This document shows positions 1 through 13,300 of a stretch of 64,000 nt of DNA, in pieces (the first letter of the stretch is position 1; the number at the start of each line of letters is the position of its first letter). The translations under genes were made by a program, and so were the position numbers. Origin of the DNA: Macrostomum lignano. Taxonomy: Eukaryota. The stretch lies in contig NIVC01003415.1 in NCBI GenBank assembly GCA_002269645.1, positions 34,986 through 98,985 on the forward strand. The letters are read 5' to 3'. The notes under the pieces are model-generated. The model was not told where the DNA came from, made no database searches, and saw only the letters and a list, made by a program, of their open reading frames with translations.

Positions 1-647
1 CCTGGAGACCAATTTGTTGCCACTATCAATGAGGTTGCAATTTACTAGTCATTTTATTATTACCCTAGGTTTATAACCTAGTAGGATAGGAGGAGACCTA
101 TGCCTTTTTTACTTTGCTTTGCAATACAGTGTTATAGGTAAAAGGATGCATATATAGCTTTTGCATATATAGCTTATGTTTCCATAGGGTACTACTATTT
201 TTTACCCTCAGTCTAAGGCAATGTAGTATACTATTAGTAAGGTAGTTAATAAGTTAGTTCACAAATAAGGTAGTAAGTTAGAAAAAAGGAAAAACACTAG
301 TAAACTTCATATCTCATATTTTGTACTCTAACTCTAATACACTGATAATGCCATGGTATTAGCAATGCCATTCAGAATCAGACCAGCAAGAGACAAGCAC
401 TGAGATGTTGATCTTGACAATAATAACATTTTTGAGTCACAAGCAATTAATGAAGCAAGTATTATTTCAAAGAAAACTTTTAAAGAAAGAGTCTTCTCAA
501 TAACTTTCTTGAAAAAATAAGAAAAAAATATTGCAAAGAGATGCTACATGTAGTTTATTACAGAACTTGTACTGCATTTTTGGCTCCCCAACACTAAGCT
601 AAAAAATACTACTAGCGCTTCACAAACTTATGCAGATGTCAGGCTGT

Positions 648-736
648 AGGGTTAGTGTTAGGGTTAAGGTTTAGGGTTAGGTTCAGGGTTATAGCGTTAA
701 GATTTGGGTTAGGGCTAGGGTTAGGGTTAGGGTTAG
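648..736 (+). repeat. Degenerate TTAGGG-like (telomere-like) short repeat tract
   Basis: Run of ttaggg/ttagg/tcaggg variants ending in gttagggttagggttag. It lies between imperfect direct repeats (gctacatgtag...tgcattt..ggctcccca) at about 543-590 and 769-817. Confidence 0.6.
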
Positions 737-1304
737 AAGTTTGACAGGAGATTTTTTAAGATTTCAAGGCTACATGTAGCTTATTAAAAAAGTGTATTGC
801 ATTTCTTTGGCTCCCCAATGGGGGGCGTAGATTGCTAGTCTGGATGCTAAGCATGATGTGGGTCTTCTGTTAGCCTTATTAGGCACATGTGGGTTGGATA
901 TGGCATAGTTTGTGCAAGATGCCCTAAATCTGATATAAACAGCTGCTAAGCATAAGCATCTGTATAAACTTGATCTAATTATGTCAAGTAAGCTTGTCTA
1001 GGGCTTTGTCAAGACTCAAAGTTTAAACACCAAGTGAATAGAATTTCTTTGGGAAGGAAAGGGATAAATTCTTTATAGTCTTATTGTTAAAAGTCAATTT
1101 ACTAAATAAGCTAAGGTGCTAACTACTTTCACATACCCAAAACTAAATATCTTAGAAACTTTAAAGTCTCAAAACTTTATATCTATTATATTTTTGGGAT
1201 TGTAAAAGCAGTTTCTTTCCATATAAATATAAAGGTACATTAGACACTTTTTTGGAGATATAAAATCTATTTATTTGTTGTGCCAATTATGTGACTCTTT
1301 CTTA

Positions 1305-3150
1305 GCCCCATTGTTTGTTATAACATTCTCTCATTCTGTCATCTGTACTCTTTCTTTCACCTCTTTTGTCTCCTCACTTTCCTTTCTCCTTTCTTCTCTT
1401 CTCTTCTCTTCCCTCATCTATATACTCTCTCCCTCTCTTGTCTCATCTTTTCTCTCTCCACTCTCCTTTATCTCTCATCTCTCATCTCTCCTTACACCTC
1501 TCTCATATGTATAACCTTATCTATTCTCTCTTCCATTTACTCTCTCATCTCTCCTTTCTCCTCTTTACTAATTCCTCTCTGCTCTCCTCTCATCTGCAGC
1601 TTTCTACTCTCTCTTCTCTACTAGCTCCTCTACTCTCTCTTCTCCACTTGCTACTCTACCCTCTCCTCTCTACTTGCTCCTCTACTCTCTCCTCTCTACT
1701 TGCTCCTCTACTCTCTACTTGCTCCTCTACTCTCTCCTATCTACTCACTTCTCTACTCGCTCCTCTACTCTCTCCTATCTACTCACTTCTCTACTCGCTC
1801 CTCTACTCTCTCCTCTTTCCTATCATCATCCTCACTCTTTCATCTCTCCTACTATCCTTTATCTTTTCTCTTATTCCCTTTCTCCCCTTTCTCTCTTTTT
1901 GAATAGTCTATTCCTTTTTCTCTCCACTCCAAACTATCCCTCAGCCATGAGCTGGATTCTTTATCTGGCCTTTGAGGTAAAAGTCTATCTTTTCCTGCTT
2001 GAAAAGCCAGTTTGTGGGATGTATTACTCTCATGGCTGTTCTCATGATTTGATCATGTCATCTTTCTTGCCAATTTGCAAGTTCTGAAAAGAATTTGTGT
2101 ATCTTCAACTCAACTGCAGTCTGCATTAGACTAACAACCAAGGAAATATGCATTTCTTAGGAGGCCATTTAAATTTTAAAGTACCTTTAAGAGAAACCTT
2201 GAATTTCCATGGTGACTAATTTAGTAGGGTTGTATATTGTATTGCTTTGCATTGCTTTCTCATAAACCTTTTGCTTTTACAAAGGATGCTGGATTGTCTT
2301 GTTTGCCAATTGCCATCCACTATTAAACTGCTGCAAAGTTTGCCTATACAAAGGGCAGTGGTTAGAATTTATCACTAAACTGTTATTCATGGCTAAATGT
2401 AGCCTCTCTACTCTCAGGGTGCAGAGAAGGCTTTAAAAAAGTTATTCTAGAACACTGTACATTGCCATGTACATTCAGCCCTATTGCCTGACCCTTGGTC
2501 TGGCTCTGGGGGAATGAGTGAGTTGAGTGGCACAAACCACAGAAAAAGCAGACAAAATTCACTTGCTTACAGTTTCTGTTCTAATTTGTTACAGAGTTAA
2601 AACTTTATATTTTGATAGAGAATGAATAAATGAAGAACTGTGTCAAGTTTAAAGTCAATTGCTTTATGTGAAGCAAACTTATGGCAGCAGAAAGTTAGTC
2701 AATTTTGAAACCCCTTTTACATATCTGGGCCCAGATCGGGAAAGAGAGACAGGCAGGTGGAGTTTGGGGTGGCTGCCTTGCTAAAAAAACAGCCTAACTT
2801 TAAAAGTGCACAGCACCATTCAGGATTAACTTTGAGACTCAAAATTGTACATGATTGTGCCAAAATAGTTGAAGATTGTCTGTGTCAAATTTGAAGAGAA
2901 TTGGTAGAAGTGGAATGGCACTATGGAGGATTTAATGAAAAAATCACGCATTTTGAGCAGTTTTTTTATACTTTTAGGTAGAAAGACTTGAGTCTAGGAA
3001 ATTTAAAGGTAGCCTAAGACATTCTCTGTAGTAAGTTTAGGGTAGGTGTAAAGTTTGGTATAATTTGGTTTAGCAGTTTGGGAGTCCATAGTGATCAAAA
3101 TTGTACATACACAGACACACAGACAGAGTTTCAATTTTTATATATAGAGA
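1305..3150 (-). mobile_element. Helitron-like non-autonomous element, copy 1 (CpG-eroded), including a CT-rich tract at about 1305-1925
   Basis: About 1905-3150 aligns by eye with about 6420-8072. The minus strand starts A|TCTCTATATATAAAAAATTGAAACTCTGTCTGTGTGTC, which resembles the TC-start, microsatellite-containing 5' end of Helitrons. No clear 3' CTRR/hairpin was found, so the left boundary is uncertain. Confidence 0.45.
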
Positions 3151-5409
3151 TAAGGCACAATTGCTAACAAGCCTTAGGTTCTAAATGATTTATATAGTTT
3201 TTATAAAAGTATAGTACATTCATAACATTTTAGCTCTATTTTAAAAGGGACTGACTACATGTAATATAAATGCTAATCCTAAATTATTGAATTTCTTATT
3301 ATTCTCAAAAAGGATTTTTCTAAAAAGTTTCAAAGGATATAAATGAAAAACAAATAGATAAAAAGGCAAGATCTTTTGCCAGTAGTATAATATGTGCATA
3401 TACCAATAGCAGTTCTACTAATCCTATATTTATAAAATAAAAACTTTTTATTTAGTTTTTACTTTTAAACACAAATGGAATCATTTGTTACTTTATTTAT
3501 TTAAAAAGGCTTTAGCTACTTATTTTTATTAGATTATACCTTTAAATATCAAAAGAAATATTTCCTTAAAAGCATTTAAGTATAGAAAGCAATACTAATA
3601 TATAGCCATATTTTTTATAAGGAATCTTGTACAATAAGCCTATTATAAATAGAGCTTTGCTACATTTTGGAGAAAAAAATATTTTTTGCTTACTTGCAAT
3701 TTTATTATATCCTCAAATATATGATTCTTATAAACTTTTTATTATTATTATTTTATAGATTCTATTATTTAAGTCAATTCTAAAATGAAAAAAAATATGT
3801 AACATATCAAGAGTCTGTCATATCCTAAATATGTTAAGAATAAATTGAAAAAAATTATTCTAAATATTTGAGGTAAGAAATATTATGTCAAATAAGGCTA
3901 AAACCTTGTTTATAGTTGTATTATATAATAAAAAGATGATATTTGCTAGCAAAAACTAGCAAAAGCAATGGATAAATAGTTGTATTTACTAGACAATTCT
4001 TATATATTATAAGTACTAGGCCTAATTGTTTGTTTTACATTGTTTAATTTTTTGATACTGTTATAAATAAATTGTTTATATGAATACATTATCTTAAATT
4101 AATAGATTGTTTAAAATATATACATGTGATATGTATATAAATAGTTTAATAAGTTTAATATGGAAAATTTCATATTGACTCCCATATTAAATTCCATATT
4201 GAAATATGCAATGTATATTAATGTGGAACTTAATATAGTTTTATCTTGTAGAACCAAAGTTACAACATGTATACTATAGAAGTGGTTAATAGTTTTTAGG
4301 AATGTAAGAATTTGAATCTGCACTAATAATTTGTTTTACTCTACAAAATATTCAGATATATATTCTATATATTCTCAATATTTGATATTTGTTAAAAATA
4401 CACACATTTGGACAATATAAATAGGAGTAGGCTGAGAGAGAGAAGAGACAACTTGTGCACTTGTATAACTTGTAAGTTCACTTGTTTGAAAGCTATAACT
4501 TATAACTTATAGTATAAGCTCAAACCTTGCTTATATACTTATTCTCAGATCATAGCTTATTTTATTCTAAGAAGTATTGAGAGTTAGAAATCAGGGATTC
4601 ATATAAAGAAAGTACTAAGAATAATTGCTATGACCCTATAATCTTGGTAATGCCTAGACTGGAAAAAGAAAATACATATACCAGTAAGACTGCTCAGGCC
4701 ACATACTAAGAACATATACTAAGAATGCTATCAGAATGCTACTAAGAATGCTAGGCCTACCTAGAAATATATGAGATTCTAAGAAATGGTTAAAAACATT
4801 AAAGCAAGATTTATTGTTAGCAGTAAAAGTTTAATAAAGGGAAATTAAAGCCTTGTTACAACTTTGGTAGGATAATTGGAGGACAGAAGTAAGCCCTACA
4901 ACAATTTTGGTGGCTAATTAGTAAGATATTAATAGAGAAGCTCACCCCTAGCACAATACTAATAATGCAAAATTAAAAAAATTAATTATCATTCTAGCAT
5001 ATGCTTACTATGATCAATTTAGACTAGCATTTGACTGCTTTAGATTATAAAAAATCTAAATAAATAATTAATTGGAAAATTGCAATATTAGGCCTACCTA
5101 TTTTAGTATGATACAAGCTGTTGAAACCTGCGGATTTTGAACCTGGGGAATTTCAATCCCCCGGAACTACTTTTGCATGTATTCTGAAATCTAAGGTCAT
5201 ACACAAACAAAAACTTGTTAATAGTTAGTAGGATAGAGGTAGACATAAAATGGACACATTCGTGCAAAATTAGGATTTGAGGCAAACATTGATATTGTTG
5301 GCTGGGGTACTACACAGAATGTCAGGCAATGTCTGTCTGACTCTAAAACATGTATTGGCAAACTCTGGCCTCTCCCTGACTCTCCCTATGTCCCTTGGAT
5401 CCTTTAAAA

Positions 5410-8072
5410 TTTCTATCGTCTCTTCTGTTTCCTCTCTTCTCTCTTGTCCCTTGTCTCTCCTCTCTCCTCTCTTATCTTCCCTCATCTCTCTTATCTCTTC
5501 TCCCTACTCTTTCCTCTTCTCTTCTCTACTTTTTGTTTTCTCTCTTTTCTCCTCTCTCCTGTCTCCTCTCTACTTTTCGTTTTCTCTCTCCTCTCCTCTC
5601 CTCTCTCCTCTCTACTCTTTCGTTTTCTCTCTCCTCTCCTCTCTCCTATCTTCTTTTGTATCTTCCCTCATCTCTCTTCTCTTTCATATCTCTTATCTCA
5701 TCTCTTTCCTTTTCTTTTCTCTCTCCTCTCCTCTCTACTTTTTCGTTTTCTCTCTTCTCCTCTCTCTCCTCTCCCCCTCTTCTCTCGTCTCTTCCTTCTC
5801 CTCTCTATTCTTTTCTCTCTTCTCTTAACTCTCTCCTCTCTCCTCTCTCCTCTTTCCTCTCTCTCCTCTCTCCCCTCTTCTCTCGTCTCTTCTCTCACCT
5901 CTTTCCTCTTTCTCTTTCCTTACTCCTCTTTTCTTTTCTCTTCCCTCTTCTATACTCTCTCTCCTCTATTATCTTCTCTCGTCTCTCTGCACTCTCCTCT
6001 CACCTTTTTCATCTCTTATCTTTACTCTCTCATCTCTCCTTTCATTTGTCTCATCTCTACAATCTCATCTCTCCTTTCTCCCCTCTTCTTACACCCCTCT
6101 CAGATCTCTATCTCTTCTCTTCTCACTCTTCTCTCCCCTCTTATCTCCTCTCTTCTCTATCCTTTCTACTCTCTCCTCTCCTCTTGACCCTCTGTCATCT
6201 TCTTTCTGCTCTCTCATCTCTACTCTCTTCTCACTCTTCTCTACTCTCCTCTCATCGATCCTCTGTCTCATCTCTCTCCTCTTTTCACCTTTACTCTTTC
6301 CTCTCCCTCCTTTCTCCCCTCCTCTCGCTTCTTCCTCCCTTCTTCTCTGCTCTCTGCTCACCACTTATCTTCTTATCTTCTTATCTTCCATGTTTTCTCT
6401 TATCCCCCTCTCGCCTCTCCTCTCTTCTAATAGTCTATTCCTTTTATTTTCCACTCTTATCTGGTCCGCACATAAGCTGGATTCTTTATCTGGCTTTTGA
6501 AGTAAAAGTCTGCCGATCCCTGCTTCGAAAGCAAGTTTGTGGGACGTACTACTCTCATCAGGGGGGGGGGTGTCGTAGCCCAGCGGTCTAGCGCAGGCTC
6601 TGGTGTGCCAGCGACCCAGGCTTGATTCCAAGTGCAGTCACATTAATTTGGGGCCGAATTGGAATCTTGGCTTGGCTCTGCTCGTGCAATTAACGGCCTT
6701 GAGAGCCAACCCCCGAAGGCACAGTGAAGTGTACATGCCTAACGATAAAATAAAATAGGGCCGCTATACACTCCTGTGTGAGTGTGTGCCTGCGTACATA
6801 TCTGCGCGCTTGTATGCCTGCTCAGGGGAGTTGGTGGAATGGGCAGTAATGCCTCTCGCCGGTTATGTGCCTATGTCGCTTAAAGTGCGCCAGGGTGCAC
6901 ACAACCCCCCTGCCTTTAATAAAAAAAACTACTCTCATCGTTATTCTCATGCTTTGATCACGTCATCTTTCTTGCCAATTTGCAGCCCTGAAAGGAATTT
7001 GTGTATCTTCAGCTCCACTGCAGTCTGTATCAGTCTAACAACCAAGGAAATATGCATTTCTTAGGAGGCCATTTAAAATTTACACAGTACCTTTAAATTT
7101 AAAAGAAACCTAAAATTTCCATGGTGTGCCTAGGGTTGTATTGCATTGCATCGCATCACCTTTTCATAAATATTTCGCTCTTACAAACCATGCTGGATTC
7201 CCTTGATTTGCCAATTGCCATCCAGTGTTAAACTCTGCAGAGTTTGCCAATATAGAGAGGAGGGGAGGGCAGTGGTTAGAATTTCTCACTAAACTGTTAT
7301 GGCTAAACGTAGCCTCTCCACTCTCGGGGTGCAGAGAAGGTTATAAATAAAGTTATTTCAAAACACTGTACATTTGCTATGTACATTCAGTCCTATTGCC
7401 TGACCCTTCATCTGGCTCTGGGGGAATGAGTGAGTGAGTAGCACAAACAACAGAAAAAGCAGACAAACTTCACATGCTTACAGTTTCTTTTTCAATTGAG
7501 TTACAGAGTTGAAACTTTATATTTAGATAGAGAATAGGCCCTAAGTCAATGAAGAATTGTGTCAAATTTGAAGTCAATCACTTTATGTGAAACAAACTTA
7601 TGGCAGCTGAAAGTTAGTCAATTTTGAAACCCTTTTACACATCTGGGCCCAGATCGGGAAAGAGAGGCAGGCGGGCGAAGGTTGGGGTGGTTGCTACGCT
7701 GAAAAAAACAGCCTAACTTTAAAAGTGCACAGCGGCTTTCAGGATTAACTTTGAGATTTGAAATTTTACACGATTGTGTCAAAATATTTGAAAATTGCCT
7801 GTGTCAAATTTGTAGAGAATCGGTAGAAGTGGAGCGGCGCTATGGAGGATTTAGTGAAAAAATCGTGCATTTTGAGCAGTTTTTTGTACTTTTAGGTAGG
7901 AAGACTTGAGTCTAGGAAATTAAAAGGTAGCCTAAGACATTCTCCGTAGTAAGTTTAGGGTGGGTGTAAAGTTTGGTGTCATTTGGTTGAGCGGTTTGGG
8001 AGTCCATAGCGATCAAAATTGTCCATACACAGACGGACACACACACAGAGTTTTGATTTTTATATGTAGAGA
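5410..8072 (-). mobile_element. Helitron-like non-autonomous element, copy 2 (carries a SINE insertion), including a CT-rich tract at about 5410-6430
   Basis: Homologous to copy 1 and ends at the same minus-strand A|TCTCTACATATAAAAATCAAAACTCTG terminus (8072). Left boundary uncertain. Confidence 0.45.
6560..6927 (+). mobile_element. tRNA-derived SINE, family 1, full length with 12-bp TSD
   Basis: A-box-like TAGCCCAGCGG, degenerate B-box GCTTGATTCC and an A-rich tail (TAATAAAAAAA). The TSD ACTACTCTCATC lies at 6548-6559 and 6928-6939. The empty site is visible in the paralogous copy near 2024-2035. Confidence 0.85.
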
Positions 8073-10306
8073 TAAGTAGGCCTAACTAAAAAACATTTAT
8101 ATAAATAGCTAATACTATGCACCTAGCTATAGTATAGAAAGATATATATACAACTGAAATTTCTATTGTATACTGAGACTGAGACTAGCTATTGTACATA
8201 TTATTAATAGATCATTCATTTTTGCAAGGGCCCTTTGTTGTAGGCCCAAGCTAATATTTATGACAATACAGTATGAGAAAAAATAAAATAACATACTTAA
8301 CAAAAGCTATTTTACTAGGCTTATTAGCAATATCAATCTAAGTAAAAACCTAACCAAGGCCTAACATTTCGTTATTTGTATTTCTGGGCCTGTGTTGTGA
8401 AGTATTTTTACCACGTAAAAAAAAGCTAAATCATTTTGATGAAAACACCCTTGATGATGTGTCACACAGCTGCATAATGTTGCGTGTAAAAAAATAGTTC
8501 GATTAGTTTTTGGCCCGTCGAAGACAAACTAGACAAAGTCGTCAAAAATCAAAATAATCGATAATTTTTCTTTTACAAAATATATTTCATTTTCTAAAAA
8601 ACTGTGAATTAAAAATACTCTGGTCAAAAACGTATTAAGGTACGCACTTAAACACACACTTAGAATTTCAATCGTATTTTTTAGTACTATTAGCATTGTT
8701 GAAAATATTTTGAGCATAAAAAATATAGTTGCAGTTAGACAGGTGTAAAACATGACAAAAAAGTTGTGGCTTGGGCAACTTTTTTTAAATACAAGGAAAT
8801 GCGTAGCATTTTTTCCCGAGTTCGAGTCTCAAAGTAGAGGATAATATATAAATAAACTATCTTAATCTCACTGTCACTGGCTTACTGCCCAGTGATAAAA
8901 AAACGGAGATGAAATTACAAATTCTTTTTTTGGCAATATAATATTAAGTATTAGGCCCTACTCACAGTATCGCTTTAAATTCGTCAGTTTGTTAGTTATT
9001 TTATTTATGATAGACAAAGACTGATAGTTAAAATTGAAATGATGGATGGATCGGATGCGGGATGTCGAATTACTGAATTTTTGCTTTAAACTTTGACCCT
9101 TTTAGATTAAGATCAAAATGTTAGTAGTTTTGTTTCTTTTACATTTAATTAAAATATTTTCATTTTTTAACTAGTTAAAACATTATAATATTTTTTTAAA
9201 TTTTAGTCTCTAGTGGTAGTAGTACTAGCAGTACAGTAGTAGTAGCAGTAGTTAGGCCTAGGATTGGCTTAGTAAAAACACAAAACAGCCTGGTTAGCCT
9301 ATATAAAAATTATATTTAAGTATTTTTAGAAGTAATAAAAGTTAGTAATACAAATGGATATTTTCTATTAATTATTATTGCATTTGCAATTGTTTTATAA
9401 TAGCATTTATATAAAAATTTAGATTTTGAGACAAATAAGTATGATTAGCAGTAAAAAATGAAATTTAGTAAGGTAAAATCTATCAATATCAGTTTGCTTT
9501 TCATTTATAGTTAAAAAATAAAAAAGTAAATTAATATTATGAGACTATCAAGATAATATTAAAAAGACAACTAATACAATATAATTTTTTATAAAATCAT
9601 ATATATATATATGATTATGATTTTAATAGTAGCACAAATTAATAATGCATGGAAATAATGCTAATTTTATATTAATATATCAATGCCTTATGAAATTTTG
9701 ATGTTTGCATAAAATAAAAATATGAAGTAATAAAATTGTAATTATAAGTATAAATTATTATTATATGTATATTGAATATAAAAAGCAACATAAGCCAAGA
9801 ATAGCACAAAATTTAATGGGTTGCAGAATATAAGAAAGAATACAAAAAATGTGTAGCCAATAGTAGTTATAAGCAACAAATAAAAAAGAAAAAAGAAGAA
9901 GTCTATATTAGAGGTCAATAGTTTAAAATATTTAGCTTTGAGCATATTGCAAATTATTTAAAAGTTTAAACACTTGAAGTTCAAACTTTTAAACTATGAA
10001 TGGCAGTTGTATTGATTATAGTGTTCTGTTATTCTAGATTAAGTCAATTGCTCCTAAGCTCAAAGTGACTATAAAAATATTATATATTTATAGTGACCTA
10101 TTCCTAATATGAGAAATAAAAATAATGCAAAAACCAAATATTTTATAGCTAGTGCAAAAAGTTCTGCATTGTAAAATAAATATAAGTCGATTGTCTTGGA
10201 TCTTAGCAAGGTCCTAGTTTAGTGGGTATAGAAAAGCTTTATTCTTTATCCTCTGTGTAGTCCAGTACCCATAGACTGCCAGGCCGCCACAACCTTTGCA
10301 TGTCTA

Positions 10307-13300
10307 ATGGCCGAAGTCGCGGTCGGCATTGACATTTCCTCCGGTGGCGAGGCTCGCAAGAAGAAGCGCTCATCAAGACGGGCCGAGGCTGGCGATGAGG
10401 CCGGCGAGAGGCGGCACCGGCGGAAGAAGTCCACCCAGCAGCCCGGCGACGCCGATGGAGGCGGCGATGGCGATGGTGAGCGGCGCAAGAAGAAGAAGAA
10501 AAACAGAGAGGACGAGACGCCCGAGGAAAAAGAAGAGCGAAGGCGTCGACGAAGGGAGAAGAAGCAGGCGAAGGCGGAGGCGGAGGCGGCTGCTGCCGCC
10601 GCTGCTGCTGCAGCCGCGGCTGGCGTGGCGCCGACTGCGGACGAAAGCGATGAAGATGTGGAAGCCAATTTTCAACCTGCCGCTCGCCCACCGCCCCCGC
10701 CTGTACCGCAGCAGCGGGCTCCGGCGGCTGCCTCCGACACTGCATCGGACGAGGATGCCAGAGGATTCGACGAGGAGCCACCGAGGCGTCAGCAGCCGCC
10801 GCCGCCGCCTGCACCGAAGCCGAAACCAAAGCCGAAGCCGGCAGCCAGGCCGCAAGTTCCGCCGCCGGCGTCCCCGTCGCCGCCGCCGCCCCCTCCGCCG
10901 CCACCGCCGCAACCCCAGCAGCAGTTCTACCCGGCTGAGAGCGACGAGGACGATGTTGAAGCTCACGATGCCAGGGTGGCAACTCCGCCGCCGCCGACGC
11001 CTCCGCCGCCTCCGCCTACGTCGGACCCGCGAGCGCAGCAAGCCGACAGCGAGGCGGATGAGGACGACCAGGATGACGACCAGTTCCGACCGCCGCAGTG
11101 GAACCGGCCGAGCACTCCGACGCCCCCGACCACGCCTCCGCCACCGCCGACAACGACGAAACCGGCGCTGCCGAATCCGGCCAACCCGACCGACCTGCAT
11201 CGCTATATTGCCGCTACCCTGGATGACGAGGGCAGCGACGTCGGCGGGATGGAGCCGGAACCGCCAGCACGCCAGCCGCAGCACCAACAGCAGCCACCAT
11301 ACCAGCAGCAACCATACCAGCAGCAGCCGCAGCAGCCGCCGTACCAGCAGCAGCCTCCAGTATCTCCCGATGCTGAGTTCGATCGGCCCGACCGGCCGAT
11401 ATCGGCGTTTGGCGGCGGCGGCGGCGTGCCCGGCGACCGCCAATCGGCTGCGCTGTCGTTATCGCGCGGCGAGGATCCGAACATGGAGCAGCCGCCGATT
11501 CCGGAGGGCAAAAAGCCGGGCGGCGGCCTCCTGGGCCGACTGTTTGCCTCGTTTCGTCGGGGCGGCTCCACGAAGCGCAAAGGCTCCACCGCCTCAGCTA
11601 AGAAGGCTCCGGGCACGGCGATGGCATCACCGGGGGCTGGCGGAGCTCCTTCTACATCGGCGGAATCGGCCGGTCTAGGCGAGCACGACAGGTGGAATTC
11701 GAACCCGGGACTATTCAACGCCAACGACACGCCGGGCAATACGTTTGACCAGAGATTGCAGCAGCCGCCTCAGCAGCCCGTGGCGCTCAGACAGCCAGTA
11801 CCAGGTGTGAGACCCCTGGCTGACACTGAGGTTCGTGTCATTCTGCTGGACGGCGAAGAAATTGGCGTGCCAATACCGCGCAAAGCTACTGGCAGCGAGC
11901 TGATGGCTCGCGTCTGTGAGCACATCGACCTACAGGAGATTGATTACTTTGGTCTAACCTACGTCGACGGAAAAGAACGCATGTGGTTCTGGTTGGACTG
12001 CGAGAAGCGAGTTCTGAAACAACTGAAGCACTGCGAGAATCGCATGCTCAATTTCCAGGTAAGTCTGTCTTCATAACTGCTGATTTTTAATTTAACTATG
12101 TTTCTGTTTCTACTTATGTAAGTAGGCTACCGCGAACATGAGTTTAAAAATCTACCACGTAGAGTTGTGGTAGTGAGGCTCTCTACGTGCTCTCTAGTAA
12201 AAATTCCTTTAAATTCGGCTCTGGGTTTTGTCCGGAAAAGCTCATTTTTATTAAAAGACAACATTTGCTTCTTTCAACCTTAATATATGATTCACATTCA
12301 CTTATTCAGAATACATTTTTTACAAAAAAATTAATGAAATTGTAGCAATTTTTCTTTTGCGTCTTTAATTTCTACACAGTCTTGCTTTGGTTTTTTGCTC
12401 ATGTCTCGAATCCACTTGACATGCGTGTATTGGTAATCACTCGAAATTTTCCAGTAAAAATGCAGTTTAACTTGGCTTTAAAATTATTATTATACTTCAA
12501 ATTTTTCCATGCGATTGCCAACTTGATTGTTCCTGCGTTGATTTGTTCGGTTTTTCCAGCTTGATAAAAGATACTTGCTGCTAAAAGTGTTAAGAGTGCG
12601 AGAGTGGCACGTTGCTGCTGTAAAAGCTGAAGAATATGTTGTGGTCGTGAGCCTTCGAGGCTCTTTAAACTGAAACCTTTAGTTAGACTGTCTCTCCTAG
12701 TCATATTCCTACATCTTCGCTTGTACTCAACACCCACTAGGTGAAGTTCTACCCGCCGGAGCCCAACATGCTAATGACTGACGTGACACGCTATCAGCTG
12801 TGTCTGCAGGTTAGACAGGACATCTACACAGGCAAGCTGCCCTGCACCTGGGTAACTCAAGCTCTGCTCGGCTCGTTCCAAGTTCAATCAGAGCTCGGTG
12901 ACTTTGACCAAGCTGAACACGGTGACATCGGCACGCTTGACTATCTGCAGAACTTCGAATTCGTGCACAACCAGACTCCGGAGCTTGTGAATAAGATTGC
13001 CGAGCTGCACCGCGGGCACAAGGGCATCACGCCCGAGGTCGCCGACCTGCGCTACTTGGAGACTGCCCGCCGGCTGGAGTTCTACGGAGTCGACCTACAC
13101 CCGGCCCGGGATCTGGACGATGTTGACATCACTATCGGGGTGTGCTTCGGCGGCGTGCTGGTGTACAAAGACCGCATGCGAATTTCGCGCTTCGCTTGGC
13201 CAAAAATTTTGCGCATCTCCTACAGGAAGAACCTCTTCTACTTGAAGATCCGATCCGACCTGTATGAGAATGTCGAGGCTGTGGTCGGCTTCAAGATGAT

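Noticed and set aside
648-736. True telomere or chromosome end
   Set aside because: The tract is short, degenerate and internal.
1275-2087. Leu/Ser-rich ORFs (also 5277-6591)
   Set aside because: They are translations of CT-rich low-complexity DNA with no domain signal.
10239-11923. Alternative-frame and antisense ORFs over FERM exon 1
   Set aside because: They arise from GC-rich, stop-poor low-complexity sequence. Only the 10307 frame leads into the FERM domain.
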